A stretch of DNA of 30,120 nt from IMG/VR virus record IMGVR_UViG_3300009703_000007, positions 1 through 30,120 of that record; one strand, written 5' to 3'. The stretch comes from a virus (taxonomy: Duplodnaviria > Heunggongvirae > Uroviricota > Caudoviricetes). The notes beneath the pieces were generated by a model. It had not been told where the DNA came from, did not search any database, and saw only the letters and a program-made list of their open reading frames with translations. The translations under genes were made by a program, and so were the position numbers. Below, one piece after another: positions 15,186 to 23,868 of the stretch; positions within the stretch are counted from its first letter, which is position 1, and each line of letters opens with the position of its first letter.

Positions 15186-15551
15186 ATGGCCCTCTCAACT
15201 ACACCACAGCCAGCACCGCTAGCAGCGATTCTGGTGGACCAGACGTCCGCCACAGCGACAGCTGACGACAACGCCACAGGCAGTTCAGGCTCGTGGTACC
15301 TAGTAGACATAGACAACACTGCCAATGGCGCTGCTACCTACGTCAAGATTTATGACGATGCTGCCCCTTCCGTGGGCACCACCGAGCCTAACTGGGTATT
15401 CATGGCACCCGCCAGCACGCGTGTTGTTTACTCTGTGTCTACGGCAGTAGCGTTTGCTACCGCGCTGAGCTTCTGCGCAGTAACTACCCCTGGGCGTGGT
15501 GGCACTACCAGCCCCACAAGCGCAGTCCCAGTTCGGATCATGGCTACTTAA
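15186..15551 (+). CDS. small beta-rich probable virion structural protein
   Basis: Thr/Ala-rich; YVKIYDDAAPSVGTTEP pattern typical of small phage structural proteins (by eye); GGAG RBS. Confidence 0.7.
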   Translation: MALSTTPQPAPLAAILVDQTSATATADDNATGSSGSWYLVDIDNTANGAATYVKIYDDAAPSVGTTEPNWVFMAPASTRVVYSVSTAVAFATALSFCAVTTPGRGGTTSPTSAVPVRIMAT

Positions 15552-16222
15552 TGAGCGTTATCAACCACGAGAAGTTGGCAGGACGTTACGACTTCCTGCG
15601 TAAGATGCCGGCTGCTCCCGTAGAAGGATTGGCCGGCGCTGCTTTGGGCGGGCTGGCCGGAGCTGGTGTAGGCCAGGCGTCAGGTGACGTAGACCCAGGC
15701 ACAGGAGCTTTGGTGGGAGCAGTACTAGGTACAGGCGCAGGCCTAGGGCTGGGCAGGCACCTGAGGTCGAGCGGACTACAGGCCGCACACCGTGCAGCAC
15801 AGGATGCAACGATAGGCGAAGCAATTCCGTACATGACCAGAGCTGGTAGACAGGCTAAGGACGAAGCAGGGACGTATGCGCAGCTTGCACAACGTAAGGC
15901 CAAAGGGTTCAGTGGGAACGAGCCATCAGGTGTGATTAACGCTCTGGGCGATCTACAGATGGATTCGGCTTCTAGGCTGCGAGGTGCAGAGAGTGCCCAC
16001 CGAGGCTACAACAGAGCCAACCAAGCAATGCGAGCCACGCCCACCGAGGATGTCCTAGACGGATGGACCGGGCCATTCGGCATGAACCGAGCAGACAACA
16101 CTGAAGCCTTAGGCGACCGCGTACGTAGACAGTTCTACAGCGACGCTGCGTCCGAAGGACTCAACGAATACAACCAGCACCCTTTCGCCGGCCTTGAGCA
16201 GTGGCGCAACGCACGAGGATAG
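15551..16222 (+). CDS. glycine-zipper protein
   Basis: HEKLA near the N-terminus; GLAGAALGGLAGAGVG and GALVGAVLGTGAGLGLG; TAATG coupling. Confidence 0.8.
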   Translation: MSVINHEKLAGRYDFLRKMPAAPVEGLAGAALGGLAGAGVGQASGDVDPGTGALVGAVLGTGAGLGLGRHLRSSGLQAAHRAAQDATIGEAIPYMTRAGRQAKDEAGTYAQLAQRKAKGFSGNEPSGVINALGDLQMDSASRLRGAESAHRGYNRANQAMRATPTEDVLDGWTGPFGMNRADNTEALGDRVRRQFYSDAASEGLNEYNQHPFAGLEQWRNARG

Positions 16223-16226
16223 TAAT

Positions 16227-17699
16227 ATGACCATGTTAGAGATCGCATACAGCAGAGGCGTAGAGTACGCGGTAGCCGAAGCCACGGGACAGCTCGAGAA
16301 GCTGGCAGAGGTTTGGGCTAAGGAGGCAGCGCTTTCTATCCCCGGCGTTACTGAAGAGAAGAGACGCGCTCAGTCCAAAGCCCTCGCAGGCACTGCGGCA
16401 GCAGTTGGAGCAGGTGCCTTAGCGCACAAGTACAAGGATACTGTCGCCGACGTAGGCCGGAAGGGCTTGGAACACGGAACTGCGCTAGCTGAGAGAGGAG
16501 CAGCCGCAGCAGGTAGAGCTGCCGGCCATGCAACATCCTTAGCAGACAAAGCGCGTAAGGCTTTCAAGGGAATAAGTAAGGCTGCAGAGTACGATCCTGC
16601 GGAGGTAGACAAAGCGCACGAGATGCTTATGAATCGCCCAGGCGCTACAGCTGCACTCATGGCCGGGCGGCAAGGGATTAACACAGGGCTCATAGGCGCA
16701 GGTCTAGGCGCAGGTCTAGGCGCCTTAGCCGCACCAAGAGGCTTCTTAAACAGGGCACCCAGCGTGGAAGACCGCGTGCGTCACGGGCTAGGTGGAGCGG
16801 CTGTTGGTGGGTTGGCTGGAGCAGGTTTAGGTGCAGCTGGTGGCGCTGTTAGGGGTCTGTCTGCCCACCGTTTCGCCCGGATGAATCCAGATGCAATGGA
16901 TCAAGCTCGCGTGGAGCAACACCTGGGTGGCATGGGACCAGAGGATTGGGGTAAGTTCTACGAGGATCCAGAAGTTAAGGCGTTGCTAGAGCCTGATGGT
17001 TACGCAGGAGACGCTGCCAACGATCTTGTTATGCAGAAGGCACGAGCACAGTTTGCTAAGTCTGCAGCAAACCCGGAGGACAGCCGTCTAATAGATTACG
17101 CAGGCGCTGCTATTCCGTTGGGAGCAGGTAGTGCGGCAGTAGGCGCAGTAAGAGGAGCAAAGCAGGACGATGCTTTTGGCGGAGCAGCCAGAGGGTTCGC
17201 AGGTAATATGCTCGGTAGAATCCCCGGAGCAGCTCTAGGAGCCGCGGCGGTGCCCGCAGCAGGAGCTCTCACAGGCTTAGGCCAGGCGGCACTGCACAAC
17301 TACCAAAGATCCCAGCAGGGGCCCATAGGTCGCTTCTTTAACCCAGAGGCGGGGTACGGCGAGGCCGCTATGCTAGGCGCAGAGAACTTCATGGATCCCA
17401 CTATGGACGGTAGCATGCTGGGTGTTGCAGGCGGAGCTGGCCTTGGTCAGTGGGCAGGAGGAGCCGAAGGAGGCCGAGCAGCTACTAAGAAGTATCGTGG
17501 CTCTGCTAAGGAGGCGCGTTACCCCGGCTATTTAGTCGATACCATCAAAAGGCAGGCTAGACCTACTGCTCTACTAGGCGCAGGAGCAGGCGCTGCCGCT
17601 GGCGGTGCGGCAGGTGGACTAGGCGCGGGCTACGTTCATGACAAGCTCAGCTCTGATAGGGCAACGCTGATCAACTTCACCAAGCTCCTCCAAACCTAA
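16227..17699 (+). CDS. multi-module glycine-zipper protein
   Basis: GAGG RBS; repeated GxxxG helices separated by KLA, KEA, KAA, KSA, KEA. Confidence 0.85.
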   Translation: MTMLEIAYSRGVEYAVAEATGQLEKLAEVWAKEAALSIPGVTEEKRRAQSKALAGTAAAVGAGALAHKYKDTVADVGRKGLEHGTALAERGAAAAGRAAGHATSLADKARKAFKGISKAAEYDPAEVDKAHEMLMNRPGATAALMAGRQGINTGLIGAGLGAGLGALAAPRGFLNRAPSVEDRVRHGLGGAAVGGLAGAGLGAAGGAVRGLSAHRFARMNPDAMDQARVEQHLGGMGPEDWGKFYEDPEVKALLEPDGYAGDAANDLVMQKARAQFAKSAANPEDSRLIDYAGAAIPLGAGSAAVGAVRGAKQDDAFGGAARGFAGNMLGRIPGAALGAAAVPAAGALTGLGQAALHNYQRSQQGPIGRFFNPEAGYGEAAMLGAENFMDPTMDGSMLGVAGGAGLGQWAGGAEGGRAATKKYRGSAKEARYPGYLVDTIKRQARPTALLGAGAGAAAGGAAGGLGAGYVHDKLSSDRATLINFTKLLQT

Positions 17700-17727
17700 A
17701 CAAAGAATTAGCCTGGCTTGACGACTA

Positions 17728-17755
17728 AGCACCTCTATACTTTAACAGAGGTGCT
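17728..17755 (+). promoter_or_regulatory. RBS-sequestering hairpin with a TATACT box in the loop
   Basis: AGCACCTCT atactttaac AGAGGTGCT directly before the ATG at 17757. Confidence 0.6.
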
Positions 17756-17756
17756 A

Positions 17757-18668
17757 ATGAAATCTTCAGCTAGACTGATGTGTTTGTTTTTAGTTGCTGT
17801 ACTTGGTATAGCAGGTTGTTCCGATGTCTCTGTACAGAGTACGCATCTCCCTGAAGCTGCTGTAGACTCTTTCCAGCAGCTGCCTGAGATTGACGGTGTA
17901 GATATACTGTGGGTCGTAGACCAGTCATGCTCTATGCTGTCAGAGGCTAACGAAGCCCGGACGGTGGAGGGCATTACTGCGATGATGGAAGCCCTACCCC
18001 TCGATGTTCAGTGGAGATTGGGAATTACCTCAGCGGATCCCTTTGCCACTTTGCAGGACGACTTCTTTCCACTGCTACCGGGCGACGATGCTCAGGACGC
18101 TCTGCAGAGACTGTGGGATATAACGTACGGGCCCGGAGAAGCGGGGTTAGCTGCTACACACGCGCATATTAGAGAGTTCGCTGGACGGTATGGAGTAGAC
18201 GATTGGATGCGTAGGGACGCGGTGTTGCTGGTCGTGGCTGTGTCCGACGAGGAGGATCAGTCTTACGGGTACGACGTACAAGACTTCGTAGACTGGTTCA
18301 GATCGGAGCGCGTTGTGTCACGGTTTATACCGGTGGTAGCTACTGGTGAGAACGAATGCGAAGACCAATACACGACTACCGGCCTGCGGTACATGGCAGC
18401 TGCTACAGCTCTCAACTCGCCCTACGTAGACTTTTGTCAGGAGGATTGGGCACAGGCTGTGGCCGACATAGGCAGTGAGACTGTTGAACCTATTGAGACA
18501 TTCGAGCTAAACGAAGAGCCCTACGAGGATTCCATCGTGGTGGAAGTAAACCACCTGCCTTGGAGTGGAACCTGGGAGTACTTGCCTGACGAGAACGCGG
18601 TGTTCTTCGTAGACGTTCCTCCTCCGGGTTCGTTTGTGACGGTGGGGTACCTCATAGCTGGGACCTAG
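17757..18668 (+). CDS. VWA-domain lipoprotein
   Basis: Lipobox IAGC; MIDAS DQSCS in DILWVVDQSCSM; GEAGL; RRDAVLLVVAVSDEEDQS. Confidence 0.85.
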   Translation: MKSSARLMCLFLVAVLGIAGCSDVSVQSTHLPEAAVDSFQQLPEIDGVDILWVVDQSCSMLSEANEARTVEGITAMMEALPLDVQWRLGITSADPFATLQDDFFPLLPGDDAQDALQRLWDITYGPGEAGLAATHAHIREFAGRYGVDDWMRRDAVLLVVAVSDEEDQSYGYDVQDFVDWFRSERVVSRFIPVVATGENECEDQYTTTGLRYMAAATALNSPYVDFCQEDWAQAVADIGSETVEPIETFELNEEPYEDSIVVEVNHLPWSGTWEYLPDENAVFFVDVPPPGSFVTVGYLIAGT

Positions 18669-18957
18669 GCAGCAACGCCTGGACCACCAGGAGTGGCCAC
18701 GCCATGACGGACTTGCAGAACTCTACAGCACGCCATCCGCGAAACGACATTCTCGACTCTATGGGAGTGTGCGTGTAGTAGTCAACGTACTGCTTTGAGT
18801 GGAGCAGGTAAACGTCGTCGTCCTGCCAGACGTTGAGGGACAGCACCACGCCTACGCTGACATAAGTGGGAACAGCGCCCCACGGAGTGTACTCAAACGT
18901 GAGTACGGCGCAAAGCGCTACCGCCAAGTAGGACAGCAGCTCGGCGATCTTGGACAT
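18652..18957 (-). CDS. small membrane protein
   Basis: Hydrophobic segments; own promoter and AAGGAG RBS. Confidence 0.75.
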   Translation of the reverse strand: MSKIAELLSYLAVALCAVLTFEYTPWGAVPTYVSVGVVLSLNVWQDDDVYLLHSKQYVDYYTHTPIESRMSFRGWRAVEFCKSVMAWPLLVVQALLPRSQL

Positions 18958-18972
18958 GTCTTATTCTCCTTT

Positions 18973-18986
18973 CAACATCTTATACC
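18973..18986 (-). promoter_or_regulatory. GGTATAAG-N5-G promoter motif
   Basis: GGTATAAG ATGTT GAAAGGAG. Confidence 0.8.
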
Positions 18987-19033
18987 AGATGCACACCCAC
19001 ATACTATACTTCCTTTGAAGAGGTCTAAATCGC

Positions 19034-20173
19034 ATGCCGTTTAAGTCACTCGCCCAGAAAGAGAAGTTCAAGAGCCTCGTGGCCAAGGGCGACATAAGCA
19101 AAGAAACCAACGCCCGCTGGGAAGCGGAGACTGGCGATGCTAACCTGCCGTGGAGAGTGGCAGAGAAGGCCGCCTCCTTAGTGGCTGAATTCCACAACGG
19201 AGTGACGCCAGAGGACGTACACAAAGCAGCAGACAGAGCAGGGGTGCCCTGGGACAACGACAAGAAATTCATGGATCTATCTGAGAATGTGACGGGAGTG
19301 CGCCACCTAGATGACATGCGGCCCGACCAGCTGCAGAGCGTTATCTCCGCAGTGCGGTTGAAGAAAGCAGGAGCACGGATACCTCGGGTAGGCTCCAAGC
19401 ATACACATCTTCTGGATCACAATCACGCCATACCAACGCTTGGTGACGCCATCAAGCGCATAAGGCACGCGCTATCCGACAAGGACCTGTACCCCTCTAA
19501 AACCATAGACGCCATGCCGACTCCAGACACGATTGCAGAGTTGAGCGAAGAAGCGGCGGACACACTGCCCAGTGACGCTATGTCGTTGCTGGTGTCCGAC
19601 ACACTACCTGTTCCTGAGCGTATGCTAGGAGTTCCCACCCCCGTGCCCGCTATTACACGCAGAGCGGTTCCTCCCGTCAAGGTAGCTAAGGTTAAGGTAG
19701 GCCCTCCTCCCTCGCGGAATAGGAAAGAATATCCCTACCAAGGTATCATCAATTTCCAAGGGCTCCCCGAGATTCTGGTGGAGAACACCAAAGGGTCAGT
19801 CCGCTCTGGGACCGGTCCTAAAGGAAAAAAGTGGGAATCTGTGATGCCCATGCATTATGGGGAATTCCGCGGATCCAAGGGCACTGACGGCGATCCAGTC
19901 GATGTGTTCGTTGGGCCGGACGAGAAATCTCAGGTGGCGTACATAGTGCACACCAAAAAGCCCCCTACATTTAAACAGTACGATGAAGATAAAGTAGTGC
20001 TAGGGTTCAGCAGCTTAGCTGACGCTAAAGCTACTTTTGCCAAAGCGTACGACAACAAAAAGTTCTGGGGATCTGCTTCCGCCTGCAGCGTAGAAGACCT
20101 CGGGAAGATGTTGAGGAAGCGCTCAGTTCGCGGTGCTAAGCTGGACCAGAGCGTGATAAACAAGCGAGCCTAG
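19034..20173 (+). CDS. modular protein with a C-terminal inorganic pyrophosphatase-like (InPase) domain
   Basis: VENTKGSVRSG...W...M..HYG...GTDGDPVDVFVGP...YDEDKVVLGF; MPFKSxAQ N-terminus. Confidence 0.85.
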   Translation: MPFKSLAQKEKFKSLVAKGDISKETNARWEAETGDANLPWRVAEKAASLVAEFHNGVTPEDVHKAADRAGVPWDNDKKFMDLSENVTGVRHLDDMRPDQLQSVISAVRLKKAGARIPRVGSKHTHLLDHNHAIPTLGDAIKRIRHALSDKDLYPSKTIDAMPTPDTIAELSEEAADTLPSDAMSLLVSDTLPVPERMLGVPTPVPAITRRAVPPVKVAKVKVGPPPSRNRKEYPYQGIINFQGLPEILVENTKGSVRSGTGPKGKKWESVMPMHYGEFRGSKGTDGDPVDVFVGPDEKSQVAYIVHTKKPPTFKQYDEDKVVLGFSSLADAKATFAKAYDNKKFWGSASACSVEDLGKMLRKRSVRGAKLDQSVINKRA

Positions 20174-20187
20174 AAGGAGGTGCACGC

Positions 20188-20565
20188 ATGGAACCGGTGA
20201 CTTGGGGCGCAGTAGGTGCCGTTTTGGCGTTCGTACTTTCGGTGGCAGGGTTTATTTTTAAGCTAACCAAAGATCATGACCAGAAGATTGTAGGAATGAT
20301 CAATACCGCATTGACGGAACACGGCGCGTCCATGACTCAGGAAGTTCAGGATAAGGTGCACGCCTTGGAGTTATCTTTGGTGGAGAAGGACAAAGACGTG
20401 GCGGAGCTTAAGGCGGAGCTGGGTGTGCATAAATCTGAGATCAGGCATATAAAGGATACCGCTCTTAAGCAGGAAGACATAACTGAGCTGAAATCTGACG
20501 TCAAGACACTAGTAGCACGCCTAGAGGACATGCGAACCCTAATACTTGGACTCAAAGACAAGTAG
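20188..20565 (+). CDS. N-terminal TM plus coiled-coil protein
   Basis: AAGGAGG RBS; hydrophobic N-terminus; heptad C-terminus. Confidence 0.8.
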   Translation: MEPVTWGAVGAVLAFVLSVAGFIFKLTKDHDQKIVGMINTALTEHGASMTQEVQDKVHALELSLVEKDKDVAELKAELGVHKSEIRHIKDTALKQEDITELKSDVKTLVARLEDMRTLILGLKDK

Positions 20566-20567
20566 CC

Positions 20568-20876
20568 ATGCACGTGGTCGACACCGAAAAGCTGGCGTCG
20601 CTCCTAGAGTTCGACGAAGACGACGTAGGCCTTGTAGACTTCGCTAAGCTGGCGGAGTACGACAGGCAGTACTACCTCCGCAACAAAGCCAAGATACGTG
20701 CACGCAACCGACAGTGGCGAGCTAAAAACAAGTACAAAGTCAAACGGAGAAGTCGGATCTACAAGCGACAGCTAAAAATGGGTAGGAAGCCCCGGAAACG
20801 CATAGGCGCACCCGGAGCAGGGTACACCTATGTGAGTCGTGGTGGTGCTAACTTCCAGCGAGGCAGAACCTTCTAG
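20568..20876 (+). CDS. protein with acidic N-terminus and very basic C-terminus
   Basis: EKLA...FAKLA, then YDRQYYLRNKAKIRARNRQWRAKNK. Confidence 0.75.
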   Translation: MHVVDTEKLASLLEFDEDDVGLVDFAKLAEYDRQYYLRNKAKIRARNRQWRAKNKYKVKRRSRIYKRQLKMGRKPRKRIGAPGAGYTYVSRGGANFQRGRTF

Positions 20877-21235
20877 TCCGCGGTGCAGACGAGGTTGTGC
20901 AGCTGTATGTAGTACAATCCGTCAGAGTCCAACGACGAATCCGAGTGACAGAGCACGCGATGCCGCACAGCAACGAATCCAGGCTTCTCCGGAATAGGCC
21001 ACTGCACTAGCTGAAAGAACGTACCAGTCCCGGACTCCAGCACGCAAGCAGAGCTGTTCACAATCCAGTTCTCACTATCGACCACAACGTATTGCGGGTC
21101 TTCTCCAGCAATGGGAATAGTTCGCAACTGGAATGACTCCTCAGGATTCTCGTCTGGACCCCACAACTCGTCCAGGATCAGATAGGGGCCTGCCTTAAGT
21201 TGGTAGTATACTACCGGATTGACTTTCTCTGACAT
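20873..21235 (-). CDS. hypothetical protein
   Basis: 120 aa, downstream of promoter 21296-21309. Confidence 0.75.
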   Translation of the reverse strand: MSEKVNPVVYYQLKAGPYLILDELWGPDENPEESFQLRTIPIAGEDPQYVVVDSENWIVNSSACVLESGTGTFFQLVQWPIPEKPGFVAVRHRVLCHSDSSLDSDGLYYIQLHNLVCTAD

Positions 21236-21295
21236 CTAGATTCCTATACCTAAAATTATGGTGCTTAGTTGTTACTGTGTTGGATGTTCTCGCTT

Positions 21296-21309
21296 CACTT
21301 ACTTATACC
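21296..21309 (-). promoter_or_regulatory. GGTATAAG-N5-G promoter motif
   Basis: GGTATAAG TAAGT GAAG. Confidence 0.75.
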
Positions 21310-21352
21310 CGAAAGGGTCTAGTGCCTTATAATAAGGAAGAGGAACAGAACC

Positions 21353-21652
21353 TTGTTAGGTCAGCAGGCACTTTCATCCATAGCCAACAACGAAGTCAGC
21401 CCCTTACTGCGCGGCACCCCTTACGGTACTGCTATGCAAGGAGCGTTGGACTTTCGTCAGCCCATCATGGACGCTATTATGGGCGTCGACGATGAGAAGG
21501 CTATAGTGGATATGCTCAGCATGTGGCTGAAGGCCCGTCTGGAAAGACCTGTGTCGCGCCCCAGGCGCCAGCTCCCTCCGATGCCAAGGAACTCAGGCAC
21601 CAACGTACCTACTGAGGTGTCTAGGTATCAGCAGCTCTATCAGGCTCTTTAA
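21353..21652 (+). CDS. hypothetical protein
   Basis: TTG start after GAGG; TATAAT at 21328. Confidence 0.6.
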   Translation: MLGQQALSSIANNEVSPLLRGTPYGTAMQGALDFRQPIMDAIMGVDDEKAIVDMLSMWLKARLERPVSRPRRQLPPMPRNSGTNVPTEVSRYQQLYQAL

Positions 21653-21686
21653 GCTAACGGAAGGAGCGTGGCGAACGCTACCCTCC
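21653..21686 (-). terminator. hairpin between convergent genes
   Basis: GGAGGGT AGCGT TCGCC ACGCT CCTTCC GTTAGC. Confidence 0.5.
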
Positions 21687-21725
21687 CACGCACCCACCGG
21701 CTCGAGCCAGCAGATACGCATAAGT

Positions 21726-22025
21726 CTACACGATCCGGAATCCGCAGATGTCCTTTCGAGGGATCCATCGCTTGACCGGAGCGTTTCGGTTATCGGTCAC
21801 GACGACCAGGCCCGCCGCGGACTGTCGGATGTTCGACCCGGTGATCACCTCAAAGTTACGGTCCACCGGGCGTTTGACCAGTAGCTCGTACCGACGCCAG
21901 CGGCTACGCGGAGACATCCACTCTCGAGTGATCGTGACCGGCAACGGCTTGAAGCCCGTCTTGGGACGAGCCCAGTGCCGGAAGTTCCGTATGGGGTGCG
22001 GGATCAGCTTCTGCAAAAACAGCAT
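21726..22025 (-). CDS. basic hypothetical protein
   Basis: Promoter and GAAGGAGG upstream. Confidence 0.75.
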   Translation of the reverse strand: MLFLQKLIPHPIRNFRHWARPKTGFKPLPVTITREWMSPRSRWRRYELLVKRPVDRNFEVITGSNIRQSAAGLVVVTDNRNAPVKRWIPRKDICGFRIV

Positions 22026-22040
22026 TCTACGTACCTCCTT

Positions 22041-22054
22041 CGTATACTTATACC
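22041..22054 (-). promoter_or_regulatory. GGTATAAG-N5-G promoter motif
   Basis: GGTATAAG TATAC GAAGGAGG. Confidence 0.8.
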
Positions 22055-22076
22055 ATAGGTACGTAGTGCTATTTGT

Positions 22077-22478
22077 CTAGTCTAGAGGCAGGGTCTGTTG
22101 TACAGGAGGTATAACGTCAGCTATGCCTTTGATAGACATGACCCTTTCCCAGAGCTGCAACGCTGACGCGTAGATCTCAGCCATCTGGCCGGGGGTCTCT
22201 ACGAGCACAGAGCATACCTCACCGTCCAGCGCCTCAAGAGCCATATTCGCCAAGTCTATCTGGACTGCGACGATGTCCATCTTGTTAGGGGTAGTGATTA
22301 TGTCCGCGAACACCAGGAGGTCGTCACTGACGTCGTCAGCCTGAGCACACGAGGTATCCACAGGGTCGTCAAACACTGCGTGGTGCGCAGGGGTACCGGA
22401 GAATGCGACCCCCTTTAAAGCAACGTCCAACGGATCACGCACGGACAGAGCCTCGTCAATTAGTTTGTCCTTATTCAT
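22077..22478 (-). CDS. acidic hypothetical protein
   Basis: Start MNKDKL at 22478, adjacent to the upstream stop. Confidence 0.7.
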   Translation of the reverse strand: MNKDKLIDEALSVRDPLDVALKGVAFSGTPAHHAVFDDPVDTSCAQADDVSDDLLVFADIITTPNKMDIVAVQIDLANMALEALDGEVCSVLVETPGQMAEIYASALQLWERVMSIKGIADVIPPVQQTLPLD

Positions 22479-22479
22479 C

Positions 22480-23100
22480 CTATACCGTGGTGATGAGATC
22501 AATGGTCTTGGACACAAAGTCTCTAACGATGATGGACTTAGAAAGCTCTGCGATACGCCCGAACTGGATCATGTCGAAGTCCGGGAACGGTACGGTTGCT
22601 GCCGCGGTGAGGAACTCTTCGTTAGTGAGTTCTTGTTTGTCCATGAGCTCCGAGATGGGGCCCATTGATACCTTGAACGTATCGAATGCGATTCGATCCA
22701 CGAGGGACCAGAAAGCGTAGCTTTGGCTGTAGACAGCTACGTCCTCTTCGTTGAGTCCGTAGTTTGCTCCTATGCAGAATACGCCTTCTGCCAGCTCCAA
22801 GAACACAGCAAAGCCTTCCTCTAGGACTGACCTATCGGGAAGCGTCTCCTCTGGGAAGAGAAGGCTGAGAGCGTCGATAGAAGATCCGCCGAAAGGGTTC
22901 CCTGCCATAGATGCTGCCAGCTCGGCAATGTTCTCTACGGAAGGAACTTCGGTGAGGCCCACGGTTTCAGTAAGAGTTGCGGAAGCTGAAGGCGTCTTCA
23001 TGAGGGCCGCTGCTTCAGCGAGAAGAGTTGCGGAAGCTGAAGGCGTCTTCATGAGGGCCGCTGCTTCAGCGAGAAGAGTTGACTTGAGTGAGTCGTCCAT
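22480..23100 (-). CDS. acidic hypothetical protein with a 17-aa duplication
   Basis: 206 aa; AGGA RBS. Confidence 0.75.
   Translation of the reverse strand: MDDSLKSTLLAEAAALMKTPSASATLLAEAAALMKTPSASATLTETVGLTEVPSVENIAELAASMAGNPFGGSSIDALSLLFPEETLPDRSVLEEGFAVFLELAEGVFCIGANYGLNEEDVAVYSQSYAFWSLVDRIAFDTFKVSMGPISELMDKQELTNEEFLTAAATVPFPDFDMIQFGRIAELSKSIIVRDFVSKTIDLITTV
22972..23081. repeat. perfect 51-bp tandem duplication
   Basis: 22972-23022 equals 23023-23073, followed by a third AAGAGTTG. Confidence 0.95.
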
Positions 23101-23153
23101 TTGTATTTCCTATTGTTGGCGGAGGTTTGTCCGCTGATGATCTCGAGGTAAGA

Positions 23154-23639
23154 TTAGTCTTTTAGGTGCCTCGGAATTACTTCATTTAGCATGTCCAACA
23201 TACTCTCTGTGAGAGTACGTGACTTAAGTGCATGCTGCGAGTATTTTCCTCCCACCACCATCCACCCGTGGTAGTCTCCGTTGAACTGGTCAGGTAGTAG
23301 ATATAGGCGAGAGTCGTTTGTAAGGGCCCCCAGAGCTTCCGTAACGCGCTGGGAGGTGCCCAGGTGGTTCAGGGCTAGCACAAGGTCGCAAGCGGGCGCA
23401 AAAGACGTTCTAGAGCCTTGTACGAAGCTCACGTATAGAGACCTACCGGAGCCCCTGCGAGACACGCCCGTGATGTGCACAGGCTCCCACCGCTGCGTGT
23501 ACTCTTGCATGTAGGCTTTGGCACCTATAATCGCGGTACAAGCCGGTTGTAGTTTGTTGTCTTCAGCACGCAGGGCCCTCCAGAATAGAGAGGAGCCGGG
23601 CTTCAGCTTAGCGGCGTCGAAGCTTTCGGAGCTTAGCAT
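23154..23639 (-). CDS. hypothetical protein
   Basis: 161 aa ORF. Confidence 0.7.
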   Translation of the reverse strand: MLSSESFDAAKLKPGSSLFWRALRAEDNKLQPACTAIIGAKAYMQEYTQRWEPVHITGVSRRGSGRSLYVSFVQGSRTSFAPACDLVLALNHLGTSQRVTEALGALTNDSRLYLLPDQFNGDYHGWMVVGGKYSQHALKSRTLTESMLDMLNEVIPRHLKD

Positions 23640-23808
23640 ATAACTTGTTCCAGAAGATGAAGGGCCAGAGAGTAGCTCTTGTTATAGTGCGGAGCATCGC
23701 AATGAGTACGCCTACGAAGTCCTTAGATGGAGCATCCCAGGCGTCGTAGTGGGCTAAGGTCCCTGCTATTAACAGAGATATTGATGTGTAGGCTAAAGTG
23801 AGCTCCAT
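23608..23808 (-). CDS. small membrane protein
   Basis: Hydrophobic segments, LWP motif, basic tail. Confidence 0.6.
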   Translation of the reverse strand: MELTLAYTSISLLIAGTLAHYDAWDAPSKDFVGVLIAMLRTITRATLWPFIFWNKLYAKLRKLRRR

Positions 23809-23839
23809 GCGGTAGTCCGTCGGTGGTTAAGTAGGGTGG

Positions 23840-23866
23840 CATCTCCTACTATGTAGACAGGAGATG
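23840..23866 (+). promoter_or_regulatory. RBS-sequestering hairpin with a TACTAT box in the loop
   Basis: CATCTCCT actatgtagac AGGAGATG. Confidence 0.55.
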
Positions 23867-23868
23867 TG

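Noticed and set aside
12758-20573. Minus-strand ORFs within the plus-strand structural block (other than 18652..18957)
   Set aside because: They overlap longer, motif-bearing plus-strand genes and have no promoter or RBS.
21243-22486. GGTATAGG variants at about 21243 and 22479 as further promoters
   Set aside because: They mismatch the core and lack the +6 G. The second coincides with a stop-start junction.
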